Shown piece after piece: positions 33,987-46,736 of a DNA stretch of 64,000 bases (within the stretch, counting starts at the first letter, position 1; every line of letters begins with the position of its first letter). The position numbers were made by a program, and so were the translations under genes. The notes beneath the pieces were generated by a model. That model searched no databases, was not told the origin of the DNA, and saw only the letters and a list, made by a program, of their open reading frames with translations. The DNA comes from Thermoanaerobaculia bacterium (GTDB lineage: Bacteria > Acidobacteriota > Thermoanaerobaculia > Multivoradales > JAGPDF01): positions 12,248 through 76,247 of the forward strand of contig DASWJT010000119.1 in assembly GCA_036397015.1 (NCBI GenBank). The letters are read 5' to 3'.

Positions 33987-35564
33987 ATGGCTCGGGAGCC
34001 GGCATCGCCGGCGCTACCGGCCCGCGACGAGGGTCCAGGAGGCAGCGCGGCGTTCTTCGCGCAGGCGTTCGAGGACGCCCCGGTGGCGATCGTCGTCGCG
34101 CAGGACGGCCGCCTGGTCATCGCCAATCGCGCCACCGAGCGGATCGCGGGTCGCCCGCGCTCGCTGCTCGTCGCCCGTCCCTTCCTCGAGCTCGTCCATC
34201 CCGAAGACGCCGCGGTGCTCGTCGAGCGCTACGCCCGCCGGCTGGCCGGCGAGACGATGGACTCGCACTACACCTTCCGCGTCGTCGATCCCGAGGGCGG
34301 CGTGCGCTGGCTCGACGCCGAGTCGCGCCGCATCGACTGGCAGGGGAGGCCGGCGGTGCTCTCCTACCTCTTCGACGTCACCGGGCGCGAGCGCGAGCGG
34401 CGCGAGGCAGCGCAGCTCTCGCGCCTGCTCGAGCGCGTCGCCCAGGTCTCGCCCTACTTCATCTTCGTCTACGACTACGAGCTCGGGCGCGACGTCTACA
34501 TCAACCGGCCGGTGCCGCAGGCGCTCGGCTACAGCGAAGAGGAGGCGGCGGTGCTCGCCCCCTATCCGTTCGAGAAGCTCTGCCACCCGGACGATTACGC
34601 CCGCGCCATGGAGCGCGACACGCGCTGGCGCGACGTGCCCGAGGGCTCGGTCGACGCGGTCGAGTTCCGCATGCGCAACCGCGCCGGCGACTGGCGCTGG
34701 TTCCACAGCCTCAACACCCCGTTCTTGCGCGACGACCGCGGTCAGGTGCGCCAGATGCTCGGCGTCTCGATCGACATCACCGAGATCCGCCGGAGCGAGG
34801 AGGCACTGCGCCACAGCGAGAAGCTCGAAGGCATCGGCCTGCTCGCCGGCGGCCTGGCACACGACTTCGGCAACCTGCTGACTCCGGTGCTCGGCCACGC
34901 CGAGCTCCTACTGCGCAAGCTCGGCGCCGAGCGCTCGCTGCGCTCGCACGCCGAGGCGATCCAGCACGCCGCGGCGCGCGCCGCCGAGCTCGTCGAGCAG
35001 CTGCTCGTCGTCTCCGGACGCGGCGAGTTCGAGCCGCGCGCGGTCGAGCTCGACGCGTTGGTGGTCGAGGTCGCCGCCATGCTCGAGCCGATGATGCCGC
35101 CGGACATCGCGCTCTCGACCGAGCTCGCGCCGGAGCTGCCGCCGGTGGCCGGCGATCCACTGCAGCTCCGTCAGGTGATCCTCAACCTGGTCGGCAACGC
35201 CAGCGACGCCCTCGCCGGGCGCGGCGGCTCGATCGTCGTGCGCGCCCTGCCGGTGGAGGTCGACGAAGCGCTCGCCTCGGTGCTCGAGCTGCGCGAGCGC
35301 TTCGCCCCCGGACCGGCCGTGCTGCTCGAGGTGGAGGACGACGGCCCCGGCATGGACGAGCCGACGCGCGCGCGGTTGCTCGAGCCGTTCTTCACCACCA
35401 AGCCGAAGGGCCGTGGCCTCGGCCTCGCCTCGGTGGTCGGCATCGTGCGCCGGCATCGCGGCGGCCTGGCGGTCGACTCGAAGCCCGGCCGCGGCACCAT
35501 TTTCCGCATCCTGCTGCCGCTCGCCCAGGCGCCGGTCGAGACGGCGCGCTCCGGCGCCTCCTGA
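33987..35564 (+). CDS. PAS domain-containing sensor histidine kinase (cytoplasmic, two PAS + HisKA + HATPase_c)
   Basis: Two PAS-like segments (VAIVVAQDGRLVIANRATERIAG; YINRPVPQALGYSEEE). H-box LAGGLAHDFGNLLTPV. N, G1 and G2 boxes (LNLVGNASDA, EDDGPGMD, GRGLGLA). No TM segment. Confidence 0.8.
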   Translation: MAREPASPALPARDEGPGGSAAFFAQAFEDAPVAIVVAQDGRLVIANRATERIAGRPRSLLVARPFLELVHPEDAAVLVERYARRLAGETMDSHYTFRVVDPEGGVRWLDAESRRIDWQGRPAVLSYLFDVTGRERERREAAQLSRLLERVAQVSPYFIFVYDYELGRDVYINRPVPQALGYSEEEAAVLAPYPFEKLCHPDDYARAMERDTRWRDVPEGSVDAVEFRMRNRAGDWRWFHSLNTPFLRDDRGQVRQMLGVSIDITEIRRSEEALRHSEKLEGIGLLAGGLAHDFGNLLTPVLGHAELLLRKLGAERSLRSHAEAIQHAAARAAELVEQLLVVSGRGEFEPRAVELDALVVEVAAMLEPMMPPDIALSTELAPELPPVAGDPLQLRQVILNLVGNASDALAGRGGSIVVRALPVEVDEALASVLELRERFAPGPAVLLEVEDDGPGMDEPTRARLLEPFFTTKPKGRGLGLASVVGIVRRHRGGLAVDSKPGRGTIFRILLPLAQAPVETARSGAS

Positions 35565-35613
35565 GCCTTCGCCGGCGGCGGCCGGCCGCGGCGCCGTTGA
35601 TAGGATCCGGCGC

Positions 35614-36150
35614 ATGCCGGCCTCCCACTCGACGACGGTGCTCCTCGTGCGCCGCGACGGCCGCGTGGCGATGGCCGCCGACGGCCAGGTGACCCTCGGT
35701 ACCGCCGTCGTCAAGCAGACGGCCGCCAAGGTGCGCCGCGCCGGCAAGGGGCGGGTCCTGGTCGGCTTCGCCGGCGGCGCCGCCGACGGCCTGGCGCTCT
35801 TCGCCCGCTTCGAGACCAAGCTCGAGGAGTCGAACCAGAACCTCGAGCGCGCCGTCGTCGAGCTCGCCAAGGACTGGCGCACCGACCGCGCCATGCGCCA
35901 GCTCGAGGCGGTGATGCTGGTCGCCGACGCCGAGCGCAGCTACCTCGTCTCCGGCCAGGGCGACTTGATCCAGCCCGACGAGGACGGCCTGCTCGCCGTC
36001 GGCTCGGGCGGCAATTTCGCCCTCGCCGCGGCGCGCGCGCTGGTTCGTCACACCGCGCTGCCGGCGCGCGAGCTGGCGACCGAGGCGATGCACGTCGCCG
36101 CCGAGCTCTGCATCTACACCAACGATCGCTTGACGGTCGAGGAGCTGTGA
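35614..36150 (+). CDS. hslV: ATP-dependent protease subunit HslV
   Basis: Near-identical spacing to E. coli HslV ([56 protein letters not shown]). The catalytic Thr is preceded by 6 residues (MPASHS), which implies a short propeptide or a misplaced start. Confidence 0.85.
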   Translation: MPASHSTTVLLVRRDGRVAMAADGQVTLGTAVVKQTAAKVRRAGKGRVLVGFAGGAADGLALFARFETKLEESNQNLERAVVELAKDWRTDRAMRQLEAVMLVADAERSYLVSGQGDLIQPDEDGLLAVGSGGNFALAAARALVRHTALPARELATEAMHVAAELCIYTNDRLTVEEL

Positions 36151-36154
36151 GGCG

Positions 36155-37517
<1,363 letters not shown>

Positions 37518-37528
<11 letters not shown>

Positions 37529-38579
37529 CCGCTCCCGTCTCGCCGCCGGTGTCGCCCTCGCGCTCGCGCTCGTCGCCGCCTGCGGCAAGCAGGGCGACCC
37601 GCAGCCGCGGCCGCGCAACATCCCGCAGCCGGCGAACAATCTCGAGCTGCGGCTGCGTGGCGACCGCGTGCTCGTCTCGTTCGCCTACCCCGCTGCCACC
37701 GTCGCCGGTCTGCCGCTCGACGGGCTCGAGTCGGCGACCGTCTACGAGGTCGTGCAGCCGCTCGCCGCGGGCGCCGCGCCGCCGGCGCTCGCGGCGGCCG
37801 ATCTCGATGTCGCCGCGCGGCCCGTGCTCGAGCTCGCCGGCCGCGACCTCGCCGACGCCGTCGTCGGCGGCCGCATCTTGGCGGAGGTCGCGTTGCCTGC
37901 GGGCGCCGTCGGCGCCGCCGAAGCGCGCGTCTACGCCGCGCGCACGAAGGCGTTGCGGGGCGAGCTCTCGCCGTGGTCGAACGCGGTCGCCCTGCACCCG
38001 ATCGCCGCGCCGGCCGCCCCCGCCGACCTCGAGGTCGAGGCGAGGAAGGACGGCGTCGCGCTGCGCTGGACGCCGGTAGCCGGCGGTCTCGGCTCGGTCG
38101 TGCTGCGCCGCGAGGCAGTCGAGCCGCGCTGGAGCCCGCCGCTCGCCACGTTGCGGCCGGAGACGGGCGAGTTTCTCGACCGCGGGGCGCTCTACGGCTC
38201 GCGCTACGTCTACACCGTGCTGACACTCGGCGCCGTGTCGCCGCCGGTCGAGAGCGCGCCACGCGTCGAGCGCGAGGTCGACCACCGCGACATCTTCGCC
38301 CCCGAGTCGCCGAGCGGTCTGCGCGGCCTCGTCGCCGGCGGCCGCGTGCGCCTGATCTGGGACGCTTCGCCCGACATCGACGTCGCCGGCTACGTCGTCG
38401 AGCGCTCCGCCGACGGCGGCGAGTACGCGCGGCTGACCTCGGCGCCGCTCGCCGGGCTCGAGTACGCCGACGCCGCGCCGCCCGCCGGCGCCGCCCGGCT
38501 CGCCTACCGCGTCGTCGCCGTCGACCGCGCCGGCAACGCCGCGCCGCCGACCTCACCGGTCGAGCTCGACGCGCCGTGA
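37518..38579 (+). CDS. lipoprotein with fibronectin type III domains
   Basis: ATG at 37518 overlaps the end of hslU by 11 bp. Lipobox [10 protein letters not shown]. Two Fn3-like units (RWTPVAGG...; [28 protein letters not shown]...[12 protein letters not shown]). Confidence 0.55.
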
Positions 38580-39421
38580 CGCGGTTGCGCGCCGTCTCGG
38601 GCGGCGGCAACGACTTCCTGGCGCTCGTCGAGCCCGCGCGCGACCCCGCCGCCGGGGAGATCGCCGCCTGGTGCGCACGCGGCCTGTCGCTCGGCGCCGA
38701 CGGCGTCTTTACGCTGCGCCGCGCCGGCGACGGGCGAGTCGCGATGCGCTACTGGAACGCCGACGGCCGCGAGGCGGCGCTCTGCGTCAACGGCACGCGC
38801 TGCGCCGCCCGGCTCGCCTTCGCGCTGGGCTGGGTCGACGGCGCGGTGACCATCGAGACCGGCGCCGGCGCGATCGTCGCCCGCCCCGCCGGTGCGACCG
38901 CGATCGCCCTCGAGCTCTCGCCGCCCGCCGCGCCGCCCGCGCTCCGCACGCTCGTCGCCGCGGCGGGCGACGTCGAAGGCTGGTTCGTCGACGTCGGCGT
39001 GCCGCACTTCGTCGTGCCCTGGCCGCGCTCGCTCGCCGATTGCCCGGTCGCCGGGCTCGGCCGCGAGCTGCGACGGCACGGCGCCTTCGCTCCGGCGGGC
39101 AGCAACGTCGATTTCGTGCGCTTCCCCGCACGGCACCGGCTCGAGATCCGCTCCTACGAGCGTGGCGTCGAGGCCGAGACCCTCGCCTGCGGCACCGGCG
39201 TGCTCGCGGCAGTGGCCACCGGCCTCGCCCTCGGGCGGCTCGCGCTGCCGGTCGCGGCGCTGACGCGCGGCGGTTTCGAGCTCGCGGTCGCCGGCGAGGC
39301 CGACGGCGCTCGCATCCGCCGCTGGGAGCTCGCGGGCGACGCACGACTGCTCGGCGAGATCGAGCTCGGCGCCGACGCCGGCCTGCCGCCGCCGGCCCCG
39401 CCGCGCTGGTCGGAGGGATGA
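38576..39421 (+). CDS. dapF: diaminopimelate epimerase
   Basis: GTG overlaps the upstream TGA (GTGA). Motifs VSGGGNDFL and CVNGTRC, plus a second active-site Cys (ETLACGTG). Length 281 aa. Confidence 0.85.
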   Translation: MTRLRAVSGGGNDFLALVEPARDPAAGEIAAWCARGLSLGADGVFTLRRAGDGRVAMRYWNADGREAALCVNGTRCAARLAFALGWVDGAVTIETGAGAIVARPAGATAIALELSPPAAPPALRTLVAAAGDVEGWFVDVGVPHFVVPWPRSLADCPVAGLGRELRRHGAFAPAGSNVDFVRFPARHRLEIRSYERGVEAETLACGTGVLAAVATGLALGRLALPVAALTRGGFELAVAGEADGARIRRWELAGDARLLGEIELGADAGLPPPAPPRWSEG

Positions 39422-40758
39422 TGGGGCGACGCGCCCTGCGCCGCGCCGGGTGGGCGCTCGTCGCGCTCGCGGCGCTCGTCGCGCTGCGCATCGCGCTCGG
39501 CAAGTCGCTCGGCGACCGGGTCGCCGCCCGCGAACGCGCCCGCTTCGAGCGCGAGGTGGGATCCCTCGATCCATCCCGCCTCGCGTCTCCCGAAGTGCCC
39601 GCGAGTAAGAATGCCGTGCCGGCGATCAACCGTGGCGTGACCGCGCTCGCTCTCGCGGCGGACGAGCGCGCGCGGCTCGGCAGCTTCGAGCGGGGCGAGA
39701 CCGTCTCGACGCGAGAGCTCGAGGCGTTCGACGACTGGCTCGCCGGAAGCGACGCGGCGCTCGAAATTCTCGCCTCGGCGGCGGGCCGGCCGCGCTCGAG
39801 CTTCGGCCCACGCCGGGAGCTTTTTCATGGCGGGCACCTCGACGCGACGCGCTGGCTCGCCGCTTCGCGACTCAGCGCCGCCGACGGCGAACGGGGGCTC
39901 GCCCGGGGCGAGGCGCGACGGGTCGAGCGCTCCCTCGGCACGCTCCGTGGACTGGTGATCGCCCTACGCCGCGAGCCGCTGCCGACCTTCGCGCTGCTCG
40001 GCGACGCGATCGAAGTCCGCCATCTCGCGCTGCTGCAAATGGGCCTGCGCCAGGGTAAGTACGGACAGCTCTTGCGCACCGCGCGCGAGCAGTTGGAGTC
40101 CCTGGCCGAGCTCCCGGGCGCCGCGGAGATTGCCTTCGGAGAAGCCGTCTACGGCCACGAAATGTTGCGCCGCGAGATGCCGGCCGCGCGCCGGCCCACC
40201 TCCCTCCGCGAGCGGTTCGAGGCGCTCCTCTGGCCGTGGAGCCCAGCGCACGTCGAAGCCGGCTATCTCGAGGGGTGGCGAGAGCTGCACGCCCTCGCGC
40301 AGCGGCCTCAGACACAGTGGTCGGCCGTGGAACTCCGTTTCGGCGCGCGACACTCCCAGCTCCGTCGCTGGATCGATCCGACGGTGCCCTTCGAAGCCGT
40401 GAAATCGATCCTGATGCCGAACCTGCTCGAGATCGTGCGCCGGCTTCAGCTTCTCCGCTCGAGCGAGCAGCTGGCGCGGCTCGCGGTCGAGACCGCGCTC
40501 CGAGGGCTCGAAACCGGCGCGCCGGCGGCCACCTCCGCGGCTCTTCCCGGCAGCGAGACGCCGGACGCCGCCACCGGCTCTCCCCCAACCTACACCGTCG
40601 GCACCGACGGGATCGCCGTGGTCGAGCTCGCCGCCGCTCGCGCGCTGGTCGAGTCGACATGGCGAGCCGCCGCGCCCCCGCAGCGGCACCTCCACGAGCG
40701 CCGTGCCCGCCTCCTGCGCTGGGAGGTCGCACCACCCGCCCGCGGAGCGCTGAGGTAG
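39418..40758 (+). CDS. hypothetical protein with N-terminal TM / signal anchor
   Basis: ATGA overlap with dapF. N-terminus MMGRRALRRAGWALVALAALVAL. The remainder has normal composition (W, F, H, Y, Q), with no recognisable family. Ends 13 bp before tyrS. Confidence 0.5.
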   Translation: MMGRRALRRAGWALVALAALVALRIALGKSLGDRVAARERARFEREVGSLDPSRLASPEVPASKNAVPAINRGVTALALAADERARLGSFERGETVSTRELEAFDDWLAGSDAALEILASAAGRPRSSFGPRRELFHGGHLDATRWLAASRLSAADGERGLARGEARRVERSLGTLRGLVIALRREPLPTFALLGDAIEVRHLALLQMGLRQGKYGQLLRTAREQLESLAELPGAAEIAFGEAVYGHEMLRREMPAARRPTSLRERFEALLWPWSPAHVEAGYLEGWRELHALAQRPQTQWSAVELRFGARHSQLRRWIDPTVPFEAVKSILMPNLLEIVRRLQLLRSSEQLARLAVETALRGLETGAPAATSAALPGSETPDAATGSPPTYTVGTDGIAVVELAAARALVESTWRAAAPPQRHLHERRARLLRWEVAPPARGALR

Positions 40759-40771
40759 GCTGCGCCGCCAG

Positions 40772-42055
40772 ATGCCGCCGTCGTTTCCGCCCGTCGACGA
40801 GCAGCTCGCGCTCCTCCGCCGCGGCGCCGTCGACCTCGTCTCGGAGGACGACCTGCGCCGCAAGCTCGAGCGCTCGCTGGCCACCGGCGAGCCGCTCGCG
40901 GTCAAGGCCGGCTTCGATCCGTCGTCTCCCGACCTCCACCTCGGCCACACCGTGCTGCTGCGCAAGATGGCGCACTTCCAGCGCCTCGGCCACCGCGTGA
41001 TTTTCCTCGTCGGCGATTTCACGGGCCTGATCGGCGACCCGTCCGGCCGCAAGGCGACGCGGCCGCAGCTCACCCGCGAGGAGCTCGCCCGAAACGCCGA
41101 GACCTACGCGCGGCAGGTCTTCAAGCTCCTCGACCGCGAGGCGACGGTCGTGCGCTACAACTCGGAGTGGCTGGCGCCGATGGGAGCCGAGGGATTGATC
41201 CGCCTCGCCGGCCGCTGGACGCTGGCGCGCATGATGGAGCGCGACGACTTCCGCTCGCGCTGGCAGGCGCACGAGCCGATCTCGATCCACGAGCTGCTCT
41301 ATCCGCTGGTCCAGGGCAAGGACTCGGTCGAGATGGCGAAGCGCCCCGACGTTGGCTGCGACGTCGAGCTCGGCGGCCACGACCAGATCTTCAACCTCCT
41401 CGTTGGCCGCGACCTGATGCGGGAGGAGGGGCTCGAGCCGCAGGTCTGCCTGACGGTGCCGCTCCTCGTCGGGCTCGACGGCCACGAGAAGATGTCGAAA
41501 TCGCTCGGCAACGCGATCGCCGTCGAAGACCCGCCGCGCGAGATCTACGGCAAGACGATGTCGATCCCCGACGCGCTGATGTGGGAGTGGCTGCTCCTGC
41601 TCACCGACACGCCCGCCGAAGAGATCGCCCGGCAGAAGGCCGACGTCGGCAAAGGCGACCTGCATCCAATGAAGGTGAAGAAGGCGCTGGCACGGGCGCT
41701 GGTGGAGCAATTTCACGACCGCGCCGCCGCCACCGAGGCCGAAGCCGAGTTCGAGCGCGTCTTCGCCGCCAAGGGCCTCCCGGACGAAGTTCCGTTCGTG
41801 GAAGAATCCGATACCGATTCCAACGTGCTGTGGTTGCTTCGATTCCACAGCCTCGTTCCCTCCATCAACGAGGCCCGAAGGCTCCTCAGGCAGGGAGCCA
41901 TCGCCCTGGATGGTGAAGTCATCGGTCGGGACTTCGAGCGATCGACTCTCCCAGCGCGCGCGGAGCCCTATGTCCTTCGCGTCGGCAAGCGGCGTTTTCT
42001 GAGAGTTCGCGTCTACAAGACTTCTTCCCCGCCCGCCGCTGCGACTTCGAAGTAG
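40772..42055 (+). CDS. tyrS: tyrosine--tRNA ligase
   Basis: HIGH motif (PDLHLGHTV). KMSKS motif (EKMSKSLGN). C-terminal S4-like domain. Length 427 aa. Confidence 0.9.
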   Translation: MPPSFPPVDEQLALLRRGAVDLVSEDDLRRKLERSLATGEPLAVKAGFDPSSPDLHLGHTVLLRKMAHFQRLGHRVIFLVGDFTGLIGDPSGRKATRPQLTREELARNAETYARQVFKLLDREATVVRYNSEWLAPMGAEGLIRLAGRWTLARMMERDDFRSRWQAHEPISIHELLYPLVQGKDSVEMAKRPDVGCDVELGGHDQIFNLLVGRDLMREEGLEPQVCLTVPLLVGLDGHEKMSKSLGNAIAVEDPPREIYGKTMSIPDALMWEWLLLLTDTPAEEIARQKADVGKGDLHPMKVKKALARALVEQFHDRAAATEAEAEFERVFAAKGLPDEVPFVEESDTDSNVLWLLRFHSLVPSINEARRLLRQGAIALDGEVIGRDFERSTLPARAEPYVLRVGKRRFLRVRVYKTSSPPAAATSK

Positions 42056-42131
42056 CGTCGGGCACGGCGACCGGCGAATCGACCTCCCTAAACAGAAGGC
42101 CTTCGTTGTTCTTGAACCTGCGCAGCCCACC

Positions 42132-42153
42132 CCGCCGCGCGGTAGCGCGGCGG
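42132..42153 (+). terminator. candidate transcription terminator hairpin downstream of tyrS
   Basis: Perfect 9-bp GC stem CCGCCGCGC-GGTA-GCGCGGCGG, 77 bp after the tyrS stop. No U-tract follows, which is common in high-GC genomes. Tentative. Confidence 0.3.
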
Positions 42154-42216
42154 ACGGAGCGGCGGTAGCCTGGAGCCGTCGGCACCGGCGCCGGCGGCGA
42201 AGACGAGGAGGCTGCC

Positions 42217-42705
42217 ATGCGAGACCTGGTCGCGCGCGACGTCATGAATCCCGACGTGCTCACCGTCCGCGACGAGATGAGCGTCACGGATCTCGCCGAG
42301 TTCCTGACCGACAACGAGATCTCCGGCGCCCCGGTCGAGGACGCCGAGGGCCGGCTCATCGGCGTCGTCTCGCTGACCGACGTCGCCGCCGCCTTTACCG
42401 GGCGGCGCGACCAGGCGGTGCTCGACCACCCCGAGCCCGACTTCTACCTGCGCAACTGGGAGGAGAAGTTCAACGCCGAGGACCTCGCCGGCCTGCGCGT
42501 CGCCGATTCCGAGGCCACCGTCGGCGAGATCATGACGCCGTCGATCTTCGCGGTCGAGGAGGAGATGCCGATCTCGAGAGTCGCCGAGAAGATGATCCAC
42601 TCCCACATCCACCGCCTGCTCGTCACCCGCGAGCGCAAGGTGGTCGGCATCCTCACCACCTCGGATTTGCTCGGGCTGCTCGTCGACACCGACGGCGCCG
42701 CCTGA
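42217..42705 (+). CDS. CBS domain pair protein
   Basis: Two CBS motifs (DVMNPDVLTVRDEMSVTDLAEFL...ISGAPVED; IMTPSIFAVEEEMPISRVAEKMIHSHIHRLLV...VVGILTTSDLL). GAGGAG RBS 8 nt upstream of the ATG. Confidence 0.75.
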   Translation: MRDLVARDVMNPDVLTVRDEMSVTDLAEFLTDNEISGAPVEDAEGRLIGVVSLTDVAAAFTGRRDQAVLDHPEPDFYLRNWEEKFNAEDLAGLRVADSEATVGEIMTPSIFAVEEEMPISRVAEKMIHSHIHRLLVTRERKVVGILTTSDLLGLLVDTDGAA

Positions 42706-42726
42706 GGCGCCGCTGCCGCGGCTTGA

Positions 42727-44334
<1,608 letters not shown>

Positions 44335-44367
44335 CCGGCCGAGCCGCGTCGAGCGACGCGCCCGCGG

Positions 44368-45954
44368 CTACCCGCCCGGTTCGGACCGCCGCGGAGCGGT
44401 CTCCGCCGCGCCGGACGTCGGCCTGCGGGCGCCGTCGTCCGCGCGCATTTCGTACTCGAAGAGGCGGACGCCGCGGTGCTCGCGCACGGCCACGCGGCGA
44501 AGACCGGGGCGCTGGTCGAGCGCCGCGAGCGCCCGGGCGAGATCTCCTCGCCAGTCGAGATCCTCGACGACGAAGAAGCGCCTGATCCCACGGTCGAGGG
44601 CCCAATCGATACGGCGGAGGTCGCTGTCGGAGACGGCGACCGAGTCGAGCGCGCCGATCCGGCGCAGGTGGTAGCGGAGCGCCAGCGTCCGCGAGACGCC
44701 GATCGCGAGCACCGGGTACTCGGGCGAGCTCTTCGCCGCCAGCTCGGCCGCCGCCGCGCGCCAGTCGGCGTTCTGCTTGTAGACCGTCCAGCGCTCATCC
44801 TCGACGTACCAGCCGACGTACGCCGCGGCCGCGAGAGCGAGCCAGAGCGCCGCGGCGACCTGCCGCGCCCGCGGCCGGGCGAACGACCGCGCCCCCCACG
44901 CCGCGAGCAGCGCGTAGAACGGCAGCGCCCAGAAGGCGTAGCGCTCGATGTAGAGGTGGCGGTAGCCGGCGAGGCTGAGCGCCCAGAGCGCCGCCGGTAG
45001 GGCGACGAGGCAGCCGACGAGCAGGCGCTGGCGAGCGCCGCCGGCGAGCGCGCGGCGGATGCCGAGCGCGAGCACGACCGCCGCCGCGATCTGCACGGCG
45101 ACCAGTCCCGGCCGCGCGGCGAGCGCCGCGAAGGAGGCACGGTACGGGTTCGTCGGCCAGAGCGTGTTGCCGTGCGCGCACCATTGGCCGAAAAACATCC
45201 ACCCCTCGAAAGCGTCGAACTCGCGCAGGAAGCCCTGCCCGGCGCGCAAGTTGCCAGAGGATCGTTTCGCCATCACCAGGGCGACCGCCGCGAGCCCGGC
45301 GAGCGCGTGCGCAGCGAGCAGGCGCCGGCGCGCCGGCGGCGGCGCCGAGAGCGCGAGGAGCGCGAGCGGCACGACCGCCACGATCGCCAGGTAGTGGGTG
45401 AAGAAGGCGGCCGCGAGCGCGGCGGCGGCGAGGCCCGCCGCGGCCCAGGTCGGAGAGCGATCCGCGCAGCGCGCCGCGAGGAGCGCCGCGGCGACGACGA
45501 GGAGCGCGAGCAGCGCGTACGGCGTCGCCTCCTGCGAATACCAGACGTGGGCGGGCGCGAGACAGAGCCAGGCGGCGGCGAGCCGTGCCGTCGGCACGTC
45601 GATCCACCGCCGCGCGAGCTCGTAGGTGAGCACGATCGAGCCGAGGCCGAAGAGGAGCGACGGCAGCCGCACGACGACCTCGTGGTCGCCGACGAGCGCT
45701 ACCCAGCCGAAGAGCAGCAGACGGTAGAGCGGCGCCGCCATCGACCGCAGCAGCGAGTCGAGGATCTCCTGCCAAGTCGCGAAGCGCTCGTGCGTCGAGT
45801 AGAAGACCTCGTCGTACCAGAGACTTTCGCCGAAGCGCGGCAGGCGCGCCGCGAGTGCCAGGGCGACGAGCAGGAGGCGATCGGTGCGCGGGTCGCCGGC
45901 GCCGCGGGACGTCGCGCCGGCGGCCGGCTCCGAGGGCTCTCGAGCTTTGAGCAT
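44368..45954 (-). CDS. glycosyltransferase family 39 / ArnT-PMT-like polytopic membrane protein
   Basis: ~12 TM helices. N-terminal region [13 protein letters not shown] resembles the GT39 DE-loop. Aromatic-rich loops. Length 528 aa. Confidence 0.65.
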   Translation of the reverse strand: MLKAREPSEPAAGATSRGAGDPRTDRLLLVALALAARLPRFGESLWYDEVFYSTHERFATWQEILDSLLRSMAAPLYRLLLFGWVALVGDHEVVVRLPSLLFGLGSIVLTYELARRWIDVPTARLAAAWLCLAPAHVWYSQEATPYALLALLVVAAALLAARCADRSPTWAAAGLAAAALAAAFFTHYLAIVAVVPLALLALSAPPPARRRLLAAHALAGLAAVALVMAKRSSGNLRAGQGFLREFDAFEGWMFFGQWCAHGNTLWPTNPYRASFAALAARPGLVAVQIAAAVVLALGIRRALAGGARQRLLVGCLVALPAALWALSLAGYRHLYIERYAFWALPFYALLAAWGARSFARPRARQVAAALWLALAAAAYVGWYVEDERWTVYKQNADWRAAAAELAAKSSPEYPVLAIGVSRTLALRYHLRRIGALDSVAVSDSDLRRIDWALDRGIRRFFVVEDLDWRGDLARALAALDQRPGLRRVAVREHRGVRLFEYEMRADDGARRPTSGAAETAPRRSEPGG

Positions 45955-46036
45955 CGACGAAAGCCCATGCTACGCGAGTCGACGCCCTTCTCCTCCTCGA
46001 CGCGCTTCGCCGGCCGCGTCTAGACTCTCTTCGCCC

Positions 46037-46717
46037 ATGACGCCCGATCGCGCGGCTCCCTCCGACGGGGGCGACGGAGGCTGGGCGGGCGCCGCCACGC
46101 GGCTCCACCTGCTCGGCACCGGGCTCCTCGCCGAGGAGCTCTTTGCGCTCGCCCTCCACGCCGGCATCGAGGTCGCGGCCTTCGTCGAGAATCTCGATCG
46201 CGACAAGGCGGGGGGAGCGCTGTGCGGGCGTCCGATCGTCTGGGTCGACGACCTGCCACCGGGGTCGGCCTGCGTCTGCGCCCTCTCGACCACCCGCCGC
46301 GAGCGCTACGTCGAACAGGTGCGCGACCGCGCGCGCTTCGTGCGCCTCGTCCATCCGAGCGCGCTGATCCTGCCCGGCGGTGAGCTCGGCGCCGGCACCG
46401 TGGTCTCGACCGGCGTCCTCGTCGGCAGCAACACGCGCCTCGGCGCGCACGTCTTCGTCAACCGCGGCGTGGCCATCGGCCACCACACGACGATCGGTGA
46501 TCTGGTGACGCTGCAGCCGCGCGCCAACGTGGCGGGGGTGGTGACGGTCGGCGATCGCGCCTGGATCGGCATGGGCGCCATCGTCACCGAGCGGCGGTCG
46601 ATCGGCGCGGGCGCCGTCGTCGCCGCCGGCGCGGTGGTGCTCGCAGACGTGCCGGAGCGCTGTCTGGTCGCCGGCGTGCCCGCCACGGTGCGCCAGCGCG
46701 ACATCGAGCCGCGCTGA
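46037..46717 (+). CDS. sugar O-/N-acetyltransferase, NeuD/PglD-like (left-handed beta-helix hexapeptide repeats)
   Basis: ATG at 46037. N-terminal Rossmann-like sugar-nucleotide-binding part (LHLLGTGLLAEELFALALHAGIEVAAFVENLD). C-terminal hexapeptide repeats (VFVNRGVAIGHHTTIGDLVTLQPRANVAGVVTVGDRAWIGMGAIV). Confidence 0.75.
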   Translation: MTPDRAAPSDGGDGGWAGAATRLHLLGTGLLAEELFALALHAGIEVAAFVENLDRDKAGGALCGRPIVWVDDLPPGSACVCALSTTRRERYVEQVRDRARFVRLVHPSALILPGGELGAGTVVSTGVLVGSNTRLGAHVFVNRGVAIGHHTTIGDLVTLQPRANVAGVVTVGDRAWIGMGAIVTERRSIGAGAVVAAGAVVLADVPERCLVAGVPATVRQRDIEPR

Positions 46718-46736
46718 GCGCGCCGGCCGTCCGGCC

